NCBI GenBank assembly: GCA_965227515.1
Contig: CBDDFZ010000001.1
Location: 3,936,001 to 4,000,000, forward strand
Origin: Alphaproteobacteria bacterium
GTDB taxonomy: Bacteria > Pseudomonadota > Alphaproteobacteria > CALKHQ01
Direction of reading: 5' to 3'
Length of the DNA: 64,000 nucleotides
Each line of letters opens with the position of its first letter. Position 1 is the stretch's first letter. The notes beneath the pieces are model-generated. The model ran no database searches. It worked only from the letters and a program-made list of their open reading frames with translations, and was not told the origin of the DNA. Both the position numbers and the translations under genes were made by a program. Below are positions 10,217 through 20,299 of the stretch, piece by piece.

Positions 10217-10335
10217 TTTACAACATGGCCATTTCAACACAATCCCGAATTGCGCCGCGCCGCGATTTGGGGATTATGGCCGCCATCGGCCGGCTGGCCC
10301 GGCTGCGACGTCGTCACAGATCGGAACCGCGCGCC

Positions 10336-11853
10336 ATGAAGACATACAACGTCACCGTCCATCCCGAGGCCGAGCGGCTGCCCAAGGCCGACCAACTCGC
10401 CTACAAGATCGCCGAGGTCGCCGCCGACCCGGTGCCGCTGGACGACGACGTGGTCGACATGATCATCAACCGCATCATCGACAACGCCTCGGTGGCAATG
10501 GCGGCGATCAATCGCCGGCCGGTTGCCACTGCGCGGGCGCAGGCAGTGGCGCACCCACGGGCCAGCGGCGCCACGGTGTTCGGTGTGTCGAAGGACGCGC
10601 GGTTCAGCCCGGAGTGGGCGGCATGGGCGAACGGCACCGCGGTGCGCGAACTCGATTTCCACGACACCTTCCTGGCCGCCGACTATTCGCATCCCGGCGA
10701 CAACATCCCGCCGATCCAGGCGGTCGCCCAGACCATGGGGTCCGACGGCCAGGCGCTGCTGCGCGGCATCGCCACCGGCTACGAGATCCAGGTGAACCTT
10801 GTGCGGGCGATCTGCCTGCACAAGCACAAGATCGACCACGTCGCCCATCTGGGCCCGTCGGCGGCCGCCGGCATCGGCACGCTGCTCGGCCTGGACGTCG
10901 ACACCATCTACCAGGCGGTGCAGCAGGCGCTTCATGTCACCACCGCCACCCGCCAGTCGCGCAAGGGCGAGATTTCGAGCTGGAAGGCGTTCGCGCCCTC
11001 CCACGCCGGCAAGCTGGCGATCGAGGCGGTCGACCGGGCGATGCGCGGCGAAGGCGCCCCCTCCCCGATCTATGAGGGCGAGGACAGCGTAATCGCCTGG
11101 ATGCTGGACGGGCCGGACGCCGACTACCGGGTGCCGATGCCCGGCCCCGGCGAGGCCAAGCGCGCGATCCTGGACACCTACACCAAGGAACACTCGGCCG
11201 AATACCAGAGCCAGGCGCTGATCGACCTCGCCTTCGACATGGGCAAGAAGATCGAGGCGAAGACCGGCGGCGACTGGGACCAGGTGGAGAGCATAGTGCT
11301 CCACACCAGCCACCACACCCACTACGTCATCGGCACCGGCGCCAACGACCCGCAAAAGATGGACCCGACCGCCAGCCGCGAGACGCTGGACCATTCCATC
11401 ATGTACATCCTGGCCGTCGCCCTGCAGGATGGGCGCTGGCACCATGTCGACAGCTACGCGCCGGAGCGTGCGGCCCGCGCCGACACCGTGCGGCTGTGGC
11501 ACAAGATCAGCACGGTAGAGGACCCGAAGTGGTCGATCCGCTACCACGCCACCGACCCGGAGGATAAGGCGTTCGGCGGCAAGCTGGTGGTGACCCTGAA
11601 GGACGGCACCGTGCTGGAGGACGAGCTGGCGGTCGCCAATGCCCACTCGCTGGGCGCCCGCCCGTTCGCGCGGCCCGACTACATCAACAAGTTCAAGACG
11701 TTGTGCGCGGGCACCGTGCCCGCCGACGAGCAGGAGCGGTTCTTGGCCGCGGTGCAGCGCCTGCCCGACATGGGCCCGGCCGACCTGGGCGAGCTGACCG
11801 TACAGTTGGACGATGCCGCGCGCACCGACAACACGGCGAAGGGGATATTCTGA
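10336..11853 (+). CDS. prpD: 2-methylcitrate dehydratase (MmgE/PrpD)
   Basis: ATG at 10336. [52 protein letters not shown]. Confidence 0.93.
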   Translation: MKTYNVTVHPEAERLPKADQLAYKIAEVAADPVPLDDDVVDMIINRIIDNASVAMAAINRRPVATARAQAVAHPRASGATVFGVSKDARFSPEWAAWANGTAVRELDFHDTFLAADYSHPGDNIPPIQAVAQTMGSDGQALLRGIATGYEIQVNLVRAICLHKHKIDHVAHLGPSAAAGIGTLLGLDVDTIYQAVQQALHVTTATRQSRKGEISSWKAFAPSHAGKLAIEAVDRAMRGEGAPSPIYEGEDSVIAWMLDGPDADYRVPMPGPGEAKRAILDTYTKEHSAEYQSQALIDLAFDMGKKIEAKTGGDWDQVESIVLHTSHHTHYVIGTGANDPQKMDPTASRETLDHSIMYILAVALQDGRWHHVDSYAPERAARADTVRLWHKISTVEDPKWSIRYHATDPEDKAFGGKLVVTLKDGTVLEDELAVANAHSLGARPFARPDYINKFKTLCAGTVPADEQERFLAAVQRLPDMGPADLGELTVQLDDAARTDNTAKGIF

Positions 11854-12746
11854 TGCTGTTCAGCCAGAAACTCGCCGGCGACAAGCGCGCGGCCTTTCGC
11901 GCCGCACTCGCCTCCGGGCGGCTGCTGCAGTTCCCCGGCGCGTTCAACCCGCTGGCGGCGATGTCGATCCAGAACCACGGCTTCGACGGGGTCTACATCT
12001 CCGGCGCCGTGCTGTCCGCCGACCTCGGCCTGCCCGACATTGGACTCACCACGCTGACCGAAGTGTCGGGCCGGGCCGAGCAGATCGCCCGGGTCACCGA
12101 CCTGCCCTCCATCGTCGATTGCGATACCGGGTTCGGCGAGCCGATGTCGGTCGCCCGCTCGATCCGCACCATGGAGGAGCGCGGGCTGGCAGGCTGCCAC
12201 CTGGAGGACCAGGTGGCACCGAAGCGTTGCGGCCATCTCGACAACAAGTCCGTGGTCGGCATCCCGGAGATGGCGATGCGCCTGCGCGCCGCTGTCGACG
12301 CACGCCGCGACGCCAACTTCGTGATCATCGCGCGCACCGACAGCCGGGCGATGGAGGGGCTGGACAAGGCCATCGACCGGGCCAAGGCCTATGTCGATGC
12401 CGGCGCCGACATGATCTTTCCCGAAGCGATGGCCGACGAGAGCGAGTTCGAGGCGATGCGCAAGGCGGTCGATGTGCCGCTGCTCGCCAACATGACCGAG
12501 TTCGGCAAGTCCGAGCTGCTGACCAAAGACGCGCTGGAGGGCCTGGGCTACAACATCGTGATCTACCCGGTCACCCTGCTGCGGCTGGCGATGGGCGCCA
12601 CCGAGCGGGGGCTTGCCGAGATCAAGGCCCAGGGCACGCAGGCCGGCCTGCTGGACCAGATGCAGCACCGCCGCGACCTCTACGCGCTGCTGCGCTACGA
12701 GGACTACAACGCGTTCGATCAGTCGATCTACAACTTCAAGGTTTGA
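11853..12746 (+). CDS. prpB: 2-methylisocitrate lyase
   Basis: TGATG coupling to prpD. LGLPDIG, VDCDTGFG, EDQVAPKRCGH, LANMTEFGKS. Confidence 0.95.
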   Translation: MLFSQKLAGDKRAAFRAALASGRLLQFPGAFNPLAAMSIQNHGFDGVYISGAVLSADLGLPDIGLTTLTEVSGRAEQIARVTDLPSIVDCDTGFGEPMSVARSIRTMEERGLAGCHLEDQVAPKRCGHLDNKSVVGIPEMAMRLRAAVDARRDANFVIIARTDSRAMEGLDKAIDRAKAYVDAGADMIFPEAMADESEFEAMRKAVDVPLLANMTEFGKSELLTKDALEGLGYNIVIYPVTLLRLAMGATERGLAEIKAQGTQAGLLDQMQHRRDLYALLRYEDYNAFDQSIYNFKV

Positions 12747-12778
12747 GGCCGGCTGCAAACTCGGTTCTGAAAAAGACC

Positions 12779-12866
12779 GTCATGCCCGCACTTGTTGCGG
12801 GCATCCACGAGATGGCGGCAAAGCCGCCAACAAGACGTGGATGGTCGGGACAAGCCCGACCATGAC
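12779..12866. repeat. 88-bp REP doublet (family B, CGTC-type)
   Basis: GTCATGCCCGCACTTGTTGCGGGCATCCAC...GTGGATGGTCGGGACAAGCCCGACCATGAC; near-identical copy at 14041. Confidence 0.9.
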
Positions 12867-12891
12867 AGTGGTTGTGTGAGGGAGAGGAAAC

Positions 12892-14022
12892 ATGGCGAGC
12901 GACGGAGAAGACATCAAATACGGGCTGGCGGGCGTTCTGGCCGACGAGACCGCGGTCTCCAAGGTGATGCCGGAGACCAACTCGCTGACCTATCGCGGCT
13001 ATGCGGTGCAGGACCTGTGCGCCGCGCGCGACTTCATGGACGTCGCCTACCTGCTGCTGCACGACGACCTGCCCGATGCCGCCCAGCGCACAGCGTTCTG
13101 CGCCAAGGAGGCCGGCTACCGCGCGCTCAGCGACGACTGCCTGACGCTGATCGGCATGTTCAACACCGCCGCCCACCCGATGGACACCCTGCGCACCGCG
13201 GTCAGCCTGCTGGGCGTCGAGGACGACACCACCAACGACAATACTGTCGAGGCGGACCTGGAAAAGTCGATCAAGCTGTTGGCGCGCATCCCCACCATCG
13301 TCGCCGCCGACTTCCGCCACCGCCATGGCAAGGCGCCGATCGCGCCCGATCCGGCGCTCGGCTATTGCGAGAACTTCTTCAATATGTGCTTCGGCGAGGT
13401 ACCGCCGGCCGAGGTCATCCGCTGCTTCGACATCTCGCTGATCCTCTATGCCGAGCACAGTTTCAACGCTTCCACCTTCACCGCGCGCACCATCACGTCG
13501 TCGATCTCCGACCTCTATTCGGCGATCACCGGCGCCATCGGCTCGCTGAAGGGCCCGCTGCACGGCGGCGCCAACGAGGCGGTGATGCATGTGCTGCTGG
13601 AGATCGGCTCGCCCGACAACGCCGAGCCCTGGCTGCGCAAGGCGCTGGCCGAGAAGCGGCTGATCATGGGCTTCGGCCACCGGGTCTACCGCAGCGGCGA
13701 CAGCCGGGTGCCGACCATGACCGCCGCCTTCCACGACATGGCGAAGCTGCGCGACGGCGAGAAGTGGATCGAGATTTCCGACGTATTGTCGAAGATCATG
13801 ATCGGCGAGAAGGGCATCCACCCCAATCTCGATTTCCCCACCGGGCCGGCCTACTATCTGATGGGCTTCGACATTCCCATGTTCACGCCGATCTTCGTGA
13901 TGTCGCGGATCACCGGCTGGGCCGCCCACGTGCTGGAGCAGCGGGCCAACAACAAGCTGATCCGCCCGCTCAGCGCGTACAACGGCGTGCCGCAGCGCCC
14001 GGTGCCGCCGCGGGAGGGGTAG
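12892..14022 (+). CDS. prpC: 2-methylcitrate synthase
   Basis: YAEHSFNASTF, LKGPLHGGANE, IMGFGHRVY, PNLDF, SRITGWAAH; prp operon context. Confidence 0.93.
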   Translation: MASDGEDIKYGLAGVLADETAVSKVMPETNSLTYRGYAVQDLCAARDFMDVAYLLLHDDLPDAAQRTAFCAKEAGYRALSDDCLTLIGMFNTAAHPMDTLRTAVSLLGVEDDTTNDNTVEADLEKSIKLLARIPTIVAADFRHRHGKAPIAPDPALGYCENFFNMCFGEVPPAEVIRCFDISLILYAEHSFNASTFTARTITSSISDLYSAITGAIGSLKGPLHGGANEAVMHVLLEIGSPDNAEPWLRKALAEKRLIMGFGHRVYRSGDSRVPTMTAAFHDMAKLRDGEKWIEISDVLSKIMIGEKGIHPNLDFPTGPAYYLMGFDIPMFTPIFVMSRITGWAAHVLEQRANNKLIRPLSAYNGVPQRPVPPREG

Positions 14023-14040
14023 GCGACTATTAAGCTTCCC

Positions 14041-14128
14041 GTCATGCCCGCACTTGTTGCGGGCATCCACGAGATGGCGGCGAAGCCGACAAGAAGACGT
14101 GGATGCTCGGGTCAAGCCCGAGCATGAC
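14041..14128. repeat. 88-bp REP doublet (family B, CGTC-type)
   Basis: Direct copy of 12779-12866 with compensatory stem changes. Confidence 0.9.
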
Positions 14129-14185
14129 GAAAGGTGGTTTTGGCCAGTGCTGACGACAAATGCTCGGCCAGGGAGGGAAACGACC

Positions 14186-16081
14186 ATGAGCGAACGCTTC
14201 GATGCCGTGTATCGGCGCGCGCACGACGATCCTGAGGCGTTCTGGGCCGAGGCCGCCCAGGCGGTCGACTGGATCTCGCCCTGGGAGCGGGTGCTGGACG
14301 ACAGCGACGCGCCGTTCTACCGCTGGTTCACCGGCGCCACCCTGAACACCTGCTACAACTGCGTCGACCGCCATGTCGCGGCCGGGCGCGGCGACCAGGC
14401 GGCGATCATCCACGACAGCCCGATCACCGGCAGCCAGCGCACCCTCACCTACGCCGAGCTGCAGGACCAGGTCGCGCGTTGCGCCGGCGCGCTGAAGGAC
14501 ATCGGCGTCGCCTATGGCGACCGTGTGATCGTCTACATGCCGATGGTGCCGGAGGCCGCCATCGCCATGCTGGCCTGCGCGCGCATCGGCGCGATCCATT
14601 CGGTCGTGTTCGGCGGCTTCGCGGCCAAGGAGCTGGCCACCCGCATCGACGACGCCAAGCCGGTCGCCATCGTCTCCGCGAGCTGCGGCATCGAGCCGGG
14701 CCGGGTGGTCGAGTACAAGCCGCTGCTGGACGAGGCGATCGAACTGGCGACGCACAAGCCGACGAGCTGCCTGATCCTGGCCCGCCCCCAGGCCGCCGCC
14801 GCGCTGATCGACGGCCGCGACCACGACTGGAACGACGCGCTGGCCGCCGCGACGCCGGCCGACTGCGTGCCGGTGAAGGCGACCGACCCGCTCTACATCC
14901 TCTACACGTCGGGCACGACGGGGCAGCCCAAGGGCATCGTGCGCGACAATGGCGGCCATGCGGTGGCGCTGACGTGGTCGATGAAGAACATCTACGACGT
15001 CAATCCCGGCGACGTGTACTGGGCGGCGTCCGATGTCGGCTGGGTGGTCGGCCACTCCTACATCGTCTACGGCCCGCTGCTGCACGGCTGCACCACCATC
15101 GTCTATGAGGGCAAGCCGGTCGGCACGCCGGACGCCGGCGCGTTCTGGCGGGTGATCGCGGAGCACGGGGTCGCCGCCATGTTCACCGCCCCCACCGCGA
15201 TCCGCGCGATCAAGAAGGAAGACCCCTCCGGCGCGCGGCTGAAGGACTACGACCTCGGCAAAATGCGGACGCTGTTCCTGGCCGGCGAGCGCTGCGACCC
15301 TGACACGCTGAACTGGTGCGAGGAGATCCTGGGCCTGCCGGTGATCGACCACTGGTGGCAGACCGAGACCGGATGGGCCATCGCCGCCAACTGCGTCGGC
15401 ATCGAGCGCCTGCCGGTGAAGCCGGGTTCGCCGACCCGCGCCGTTCCGGGCTACGACGTGCAGATCCTCAACGAGGCCGGCGAGCAGGTCGGTGCCAACG
15501 AGATCGGCAACATCGTCGTCAAGCTGCCGCTGCCCCCCGGCACCCTGCCCACCCTGTGGGGCAACCGGGAGCGCATGCGGCAATCCTATCTGTCGCGCTA
15601 TCCCGGCTACTACCTGACCGGCGACGCCGGCATCGTGGACGACGACGGCTACATCCACATCATGAGCCGCATCGACGACGTCATCAATGTGGCCGGCCAC
15701 CGGCTGTCGACCGGCGCGATGGAAGAGGTGCTGTCCAGCCACCCCGCGATTGCCGAATGCGCGGTGTTCGGCGTCGACGACGCGCTGAAGGGCCAGGTGC
15801 CGGTCGGGCTGGTGGTCATCAAGGACGGGGTTGGCCAGGCGCCGGGCGACATCGTCAGCGAATTGCTGGCCAAGGTGCGCCACGACATCGGGCCGGTCGC
15901 GGCATTCAAGACCGCGGCCGTGGTGGCGCGCCTGCCCAAGACCCGGTCCGGCAAGATTCTGCGCGGCACCATGCAAAAGATCGCAAACGGCGCCGACTAC
16001 CAGGTCCCCGCCACCATCGACGACCCGGCGATCCTCAGCGAGATCGAGACAACGCTGTCAGGCATCGGCTACCCCAAGTAG
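14186..16081 (+). CDS. prpE: Propionyl-CoA synthetase
   Basis: ATG at 14186 after GGGAGGG. YILYTSGTTGQPKG, DHWWQTETG, NVAGHRLST, LPKTRSGKILR. Confidence 0.92.
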   Translation: MSERFDAVYRRAHDDPEAFWAEAAQAVDWISPWERVLDDSDAPFYRWFTGATLNTCYNCVDRHVAAGRGDQAAIIHDSPITGSQRTLTYAELQDQVARCAGALKDIGVAYGDRVIVYMPMVPEAAIAMLACARIGAIHSVVFGGFAAKELATRIDDAKPVAIVSASCGIEPGRVVEYKPLLDEAIELATHKPTSCLILARPQAAAALIDGRDHDWNDALAAATPADCVPVKATDPLYILYTSGTTGQPKGIVRDNGGHAVALTWSMKNIYDVNPGDVYWAASDVGWVVGHSYIVYGPLLHGCTTIVYEGKPVGTPDAGAFWRVIAEHGVAAMFTAPTAIRAIKKEDPSGARLKDYDLGKMRTLFLAGERCDPDTLNWCEEILGLPVIDHWWQTETGWAIAANCVGIERLPVKPGSPTRAVPGYDVQILNEAGEQVGANEIGNIVVKLPLPPGTLPTLWGNRERMRQSYLSRYPGYYLTGDAGIVDDDGYIHIMSRIDDVINVAGHRLSTGAMEEVLSSHPAIAECAVFGVDDALKGQVPVGLVVIKDGVGQAPGDIVSELLAKVRHDIGPVAAFKTAAVVARLPKTRSGKILRGTMQKIANGADYQVPATIDDPAILSEIETTLSGIGYPK

Positions 16082-16429
16082 CCCCCGACCGCAGCCAGCC
16101 TGCCCGACCCGCGGTCCGCCGCCCATTGTGCCGGCATCGGTAACGACCGGCCGACAACGACATCGCACGGTTGTGCGATTGTCCGGACAACGCCTTTTCC
16201 AACCTTACGTCTCGTTCAGGCAACGCATTACGCTTGCACGCGCCTCCACTATTGGTGTTACACAAAGCTGTGACACAAGAGTGTTACGAATCTGGGCAGG
16301 CGGGGGGAAGCTGGCATCGCAGGCGAATGATGCTAGGCGGGACATTAGTCGCGCATGAAACGGATACAATAGCGCGCGCTCGTTCTACTTCCTCGCGGCC
16401 ACCCATGTGCAATGGAAAGGCGGGGAAGT

Positions 16430-17416
16430 ATGACCTTTACAACACCATCTACTCCAATGTTGAGTGACGGCGCCGACGGTTCGGCCGCGCGCCATATCTC
16501 CGACCGCTACGATGCCCGTGTGGTCGACAATCTACGCAATGCGGCGGCCCAGGCGGCGCAGTTCGCGACACCCTTCGACGACTGGAAGGGCCTTACCGAG
16601 CTTGAGCTTGCCTACGATCGCACCTATGGCGCGTTGTGGCTGTATGCCTGCCCGTCGGGCCGGCCGAGCTCGACACCGCAACTGCTCCACGACATGGTCG
16701 CCGTCTTCGACCAGATCGAGGAAGCGCACACGTCTGGCGCAACCCGGGCCGCACCGCTGAAATGGCTGATCACCGCGTCGGGCGTGCCGGGCATCCTGCA
16801 CCTGGGCGGCGACCTGAAGCGGATCGTCGAAATCGTGCGCGATTGCGACCGTGACTCCCTGATGGACTATGCGCGGCTGTGCATCGACGTGGTGTACGCG
16901 CGTCTGGCCAAGCGCAACATGCCTTACATCAGCATCACCCTGGCACAGGGCGACACCTTGGGTGGCGGCTTCGAGGCCGTGCTGGCCGACGACGTCATCA
17001 TCGCCGAGAAGCAGGCGCGTTTCGGCATGCCCGAAGCCCTGTTCAATATGTTCCCGGGCATGGGTGCGCTCAGCTTCCTGACCCGCCGGGTCGGACAGCG
17101 GCTGGCCGAGGAGATCGTGTTCAGCGGCTCGATCTACAGCGCCGCGCAGATGCACGAGATGGGCGTGGTCGACATTCTGGTCGAGGACGGCACCGGCGAG
17201 GATGCGGTCGACGAGTTCATTCGCTCGATCGGGCGCAGCTACAACTCGCGGCGCAGCGTCTATGCCGCGCGCGGGCTGACCAACCCGGTCACCTACGAGG
17301 AACTGCTGGGCATCACCACCATGTGGGTGGACACGGCGATGGCGCTGGACGCCAAGGACCTTCGCCGGATGGAGCGTTTGGTGGCGGCGCAAGACAGGAG
17401 ATTGGCTCAGATGTAA
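16430..17416 (+). CDS. rpfF: DSF synthase RpfF (crotonase superfamily)
   Basis: RPSSTPQLL, HLGGDL, GDTLGGGFEA, FGMPEALFNMFPGMGA; both catalytic Glu present. Adjacent to rpfC. Alternative start at 16412. Confidence 0.88.
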   Translation: MTFTTPSTPMLSDGADGSAARHISDRYDARVVDNLRNAAAQAAQFATPFDDWKGLTELELAYDRTYGALWLYACPSGRPSSTPQLLHDMVAVFDQIEEAHTSGATRAAPLKWLITASGVPGILHLGGDLKRIVEIVRDCDRDSLMDYARLCIDVVYARLAKRNMPYISITLAQGDTLGGGFEAVLADDVIIAEKQARFGMPEALFNMFPGMGALSFLTRRVGQRLAEEIVFSGSIYSAAQMHEMGVVDILVEDGTGEDAVDEFIRSIGRSYNSRRSVYAARGLTNPVTYEELLGITTMWVDTAMALDAKDLRRMERLVAAQDRRLAQM

Positions 17417-17686
17417 GCCACTCATGACTTCGTAGCGCCGGGAACGCCGGCGAACGACCCGCGCCTTATGACGGCGCGTGGCATGGGGGCAAAAATGGGG
17501 GCATCTGCGCGCATTATGGGGGCATCTTGCGCGCTGCATCGCTGATTACGACGATCCGCAACTGACCGGCGTGCACACCCGGCTGTTGCCTTGGCGCACC
17601 CTGATTGCAGGCGAGCGCAACTGATCCTCGGCGGCACCGCCACGCGGAAACGAACGCGGCCTGAACGAGGCTGGCTATCTTGCTGG

Positions 17687-20293
17687 TTAGGTCTTGCTGT
17701 CCGAGCCGCCCTGGCGCGCCCATCGTTCGCGCAGGGTCTGGTCATACAGCGACAATTGCGTGCGCAGGCTGGGCAGCGCATCGGCCATGAACGCCACCAC
17801 CTGGGTGCGCCGCTGCTGCGACAGTTCCGAGCAGATCGCCTGGATGCGCGCGGCGCCGACATGGGCCGAACTGCTCTTCAGGGCGTGCGACGTGTCGCGA
17901 ACGCCGCCGATATCGCGCTCCGCGACCGCGCGCTCCAGGTCGTCAAGCAACTGCCCGGCATCCTCGACATACTCGGTCACCAGTTCGCGGACGAACGAAC
18001 CGCCATTGTCCAGCGCCGACAGGCTTTGCAGCGAATGCTCGTCGACCACCGGGCGCGCGGTCATGCGGAAACGCGGATGGGAGCTCAAGTCGGCGACCTG
18101 GGTGTCGTCCACCGCGCCGCTGGACAGCCTGTCTGCAAAAGTCTCGACCGGGTCCAGGCGTGGGCTCGATGCCGGTGCTGGCCGCGCCGGCGTGGCGGGC
18201 ACTGGCGTTGCGGCCAGTGCGCCGCCCGTGCCCAGTGCAGTCCCAGGTGCGGTTCCAGGCGCGGTGCCATTCGCGCAGTGATCGAGCACACGGATCAGGT
18301 GCTCCGCCTCCACCGGCTTGGTGACGAATGCATCCATGCCGGCCGCCTTGCAGGCCCGCTCGGTGACCGTGGTGGCGTCGGCGGTCAGGGCGATGATCGG
18401 CAGTCGCGGCTGCGGCCCCACCTCGCCCATGCGGACTTCCTTGGCCACATCGATGCCGGACGTGCCGGGCATGTTGACGTCGAGCACCAGGATTTCCGCG
18501 TCGAACTCCGCCAATGCGTCCAGCGCGGCCTCGCCGTTCTCAACCAACCGCACCTCGTGACCGGCCTGGCGCAGGATCATCGCCGTCACCCGGCGGTTCA
18601 CGGCATTGTCCTCGGCCACCAGAACACGCAGCGGTCGCTGCGCCTTGGTGTCGGCCGTGCGTTGATCGATATCGTCGGCAAGGGCGTCGCCGGGGGCACA
18701 GCGCGCACCGAGCCGCGCCGCGGCCTGGATCAGGTCGCCATCGACAGGCTCGGTCACCGCGCAGTAGACCCCGGTGCGCAGCGTGGGCAAGGCCGTGGCG
18801 GTCCACGTGGCCGGCACCACCAGGGCGCCGCGGAACGGTGTCTCGATGGAGTCGATGGCCGTCCCCTGACCTGCATCCTGGTCCCGAATGCTCAGCACCA
18901 CCTTGTCGGGGCTGCCGCCGCTTTCCGCCACCAATTCGAGCCCAAGGTCGCCGGCAAGGGCCGCCACCCGCCCCCGCAGCCGGTCGTCGGAGACCCGCAG
19001 GCGAAGGCCCTCCGGCCGGACCGGTGCCTCGGTGTGGGCCGACACGCTGGCCGGCCGGATCGGCAACTCCATCCAGAAGCGGCTGCCGGCACCGACTTCG
19101 CTGTCGACGCCGATACGTCCGCCCATCAGGTCGGTCAGTTGCCGGCAGATCGCAAGACCCAGGCCGGCGCCGCCATAGCGCCGGCTGGTCGCCTGATCCT
19201 CCTGCGTGAACGGCTCGAAGATATGGCGCTGGGCGTTGGCGTCGATGCCAATGCCGGTATCGATTACGTCGAAGGTCATGCGCGGCGGCGCGTTATCGCG
19301 GGTGACGAGCCTGCAGCAGACGCGCACATAACCCTTCTCGGTGAACTTGATGGCGTTGGCGACCAGATTGGTCAGGATCTGGCGGATGTAGTGCGGCGCG
19401 CCGCGCATCCACGGATCGATCCGCCCATCGATCACGAACTGCAGCCGCAGGCCACGCTCCGTGCACTGCGGCTCCAGCATGCGGTAGAGCTCGACCAACT
19501 CGCCGTTCAGGTCGAAATCGACCTCGTCCACCGGCATGCGCCCAGCCTCGATGCGGGAGAAATCGAGAATCTGGTCGATGTTCGCCAGCAAGGTGCGCGC
19601 CGACGTGCCAATGGTGCGCGTCATGTCGCGCTGCTCCGCGCTCAGGCTGGTCTTCTGCATCAGGCCGCCGATGCCGATGATCGCATTCAGCGGCGTGCGC
19701 AGCTCATGGCTCATGGTGGCCAGGAACTGGCCCTTGGCGTTGCTCGCCGCCTCGGCCTGCAGCTTGGCTTCGGTCAGCTTGCGGATCAGGGTGGAAACGT
19801 AGGCGGGCAGGACGACCAGGGCCGCCAGCAGACCCGCCGACGTGGTCATGTTGTCGTGCCAGTACGGCGACAGCCAGACGACGGCGCCGAAACCCAGCAG
19901 GCTCCCCATCGCGCTCAACGCCAGATACCGGTTGCCGTAGCGGAAGCCGTTACCGAAGGTGACCCACAGGTAGACCAGATAGATCATCGCCGTGGCCGAC
20001 CCCCACCAGTACATGGCGAACGACGTGATCGCGATGTCGGCCACCATGCCGAGCAGGCGGCGGGCTGGATTGGGGTCCGGGTCGGCAGCGATCCAGGCGA
20101 TGAAGCCCAGGGAGACGGTTACGTAGACGGCGATGGAGACAACGGTGACGACACGGTCGCCGGACGCGCCCGCGCCGGCAACCTCCAGAACGCCAAGATA
20201 GACGGCAACCAGACTGACGATGACCAGGCGCACGAACGCCTGCTCGTGCTCGCTATCTGCCCGTCCCCGGAAGCGATCCAAAATGTGTCGCAC
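17687..20293 (-). CDS. rpfC: RpfC-like hybrid sensor kinase (multi-TM, HisKA, HATPase, REC, HPt)
   Basis: RADSEHEQAFVRL and LWVTFGNGFRYG RpfC sensor motifs; MSHELRTPLN; REC AEDNAVN...LDVNMP...TKP; HPt HALKSSS. Confidence 0.88.
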   Translation of the reverse strand: MRHILDRFRGRADSEHEQAFVRLVIVSLVAVYLGVLEVAGAGASGDRVVTVVSIAVYVTVSLGFIAWIAADPDPNPARRLLGMVADIAITSFAMYWWGSATAMIYLVYLWVTFGNGFRYGNRYLALSAMGSLLGFGAVVWLSPYWHDNMTTSAGLLAALVVLPAYVSTLIRKLTEAKLQAEAASNAKGQFLATMSHELRTPLNAIIGIGGLMQKTSLSAEQRDMTRTIGTSARTLLANIDQILDFSRIEAGRMPVDEVDFDLNGELVELYRMLEPQCTERGLRLQFVIDGRIDPWMRGAPHYIRQILTNLVANAIKFTEKGYVRVCCRLVTRDNAPPRMTFDVIDTGIGIDANAQRHIFEPFTQEDQATSRRYGGAGLGLAICRQLTDLMGGRIGVDSEVGAGSRFWMELPIRPASVSAHTEAPVRPEGLRLRVSDDRLRGRVAALAGDLGLELVAESGGSPDKVVLSIRDQDAGQGTAIDSIETPFRGALVVPATWTATALPTLRTGVYCAVTEPVDGDLIQAAARLGARCAPGDALADDIDQRTADTKAQRPLRVLVAEDNAVNRRVTAMILRQAGHEVRLVENGEAALDALAEFDAEILVLDVNMPGTSGIDVAKEVRMGEVGPQPRLPIIALTADATTVTERACKAAGMDAFVTKPVEAEHLIRVLDHCANGTAPGTAPGTALGTGGALAATPVPATPARPAPASSPRLDPVETFADRLSSGAVDDTQVADLSSHPRFRMTARPVVDEHSLQSLSALDNGGSFVRELVTEYVEDAGQLLDDLERAVAERDIGGVRDTSHALKSSSAHVGAARIQAICSELSQQRRTQVVAFMADALPSLRTQLSLYDQTLRERWARQGGSDSKT

Positions 20294-20299
20294 GAATAG

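Noticed and set aside
8695-11853. 1052-aa PrpD fusion
   Set aside because: The extension is antisense to prpR; the real start is the ATG at 10336.
18225-18270. GTAP repeats in the RpfC linker and low-complexity linkers in TssM/TagH
   Set aside because: Common Pro/Ala/Gly-rich interdomain linkers.
17591-20299. Long antisense ORFs (e.g. 17591-20299, 43921-46509, 47544-49961, 14042-15976, 6058-7911)
   Set aside because: Shadow frames of well-supported genes in high-GC DNA, with no recognisable motifs.
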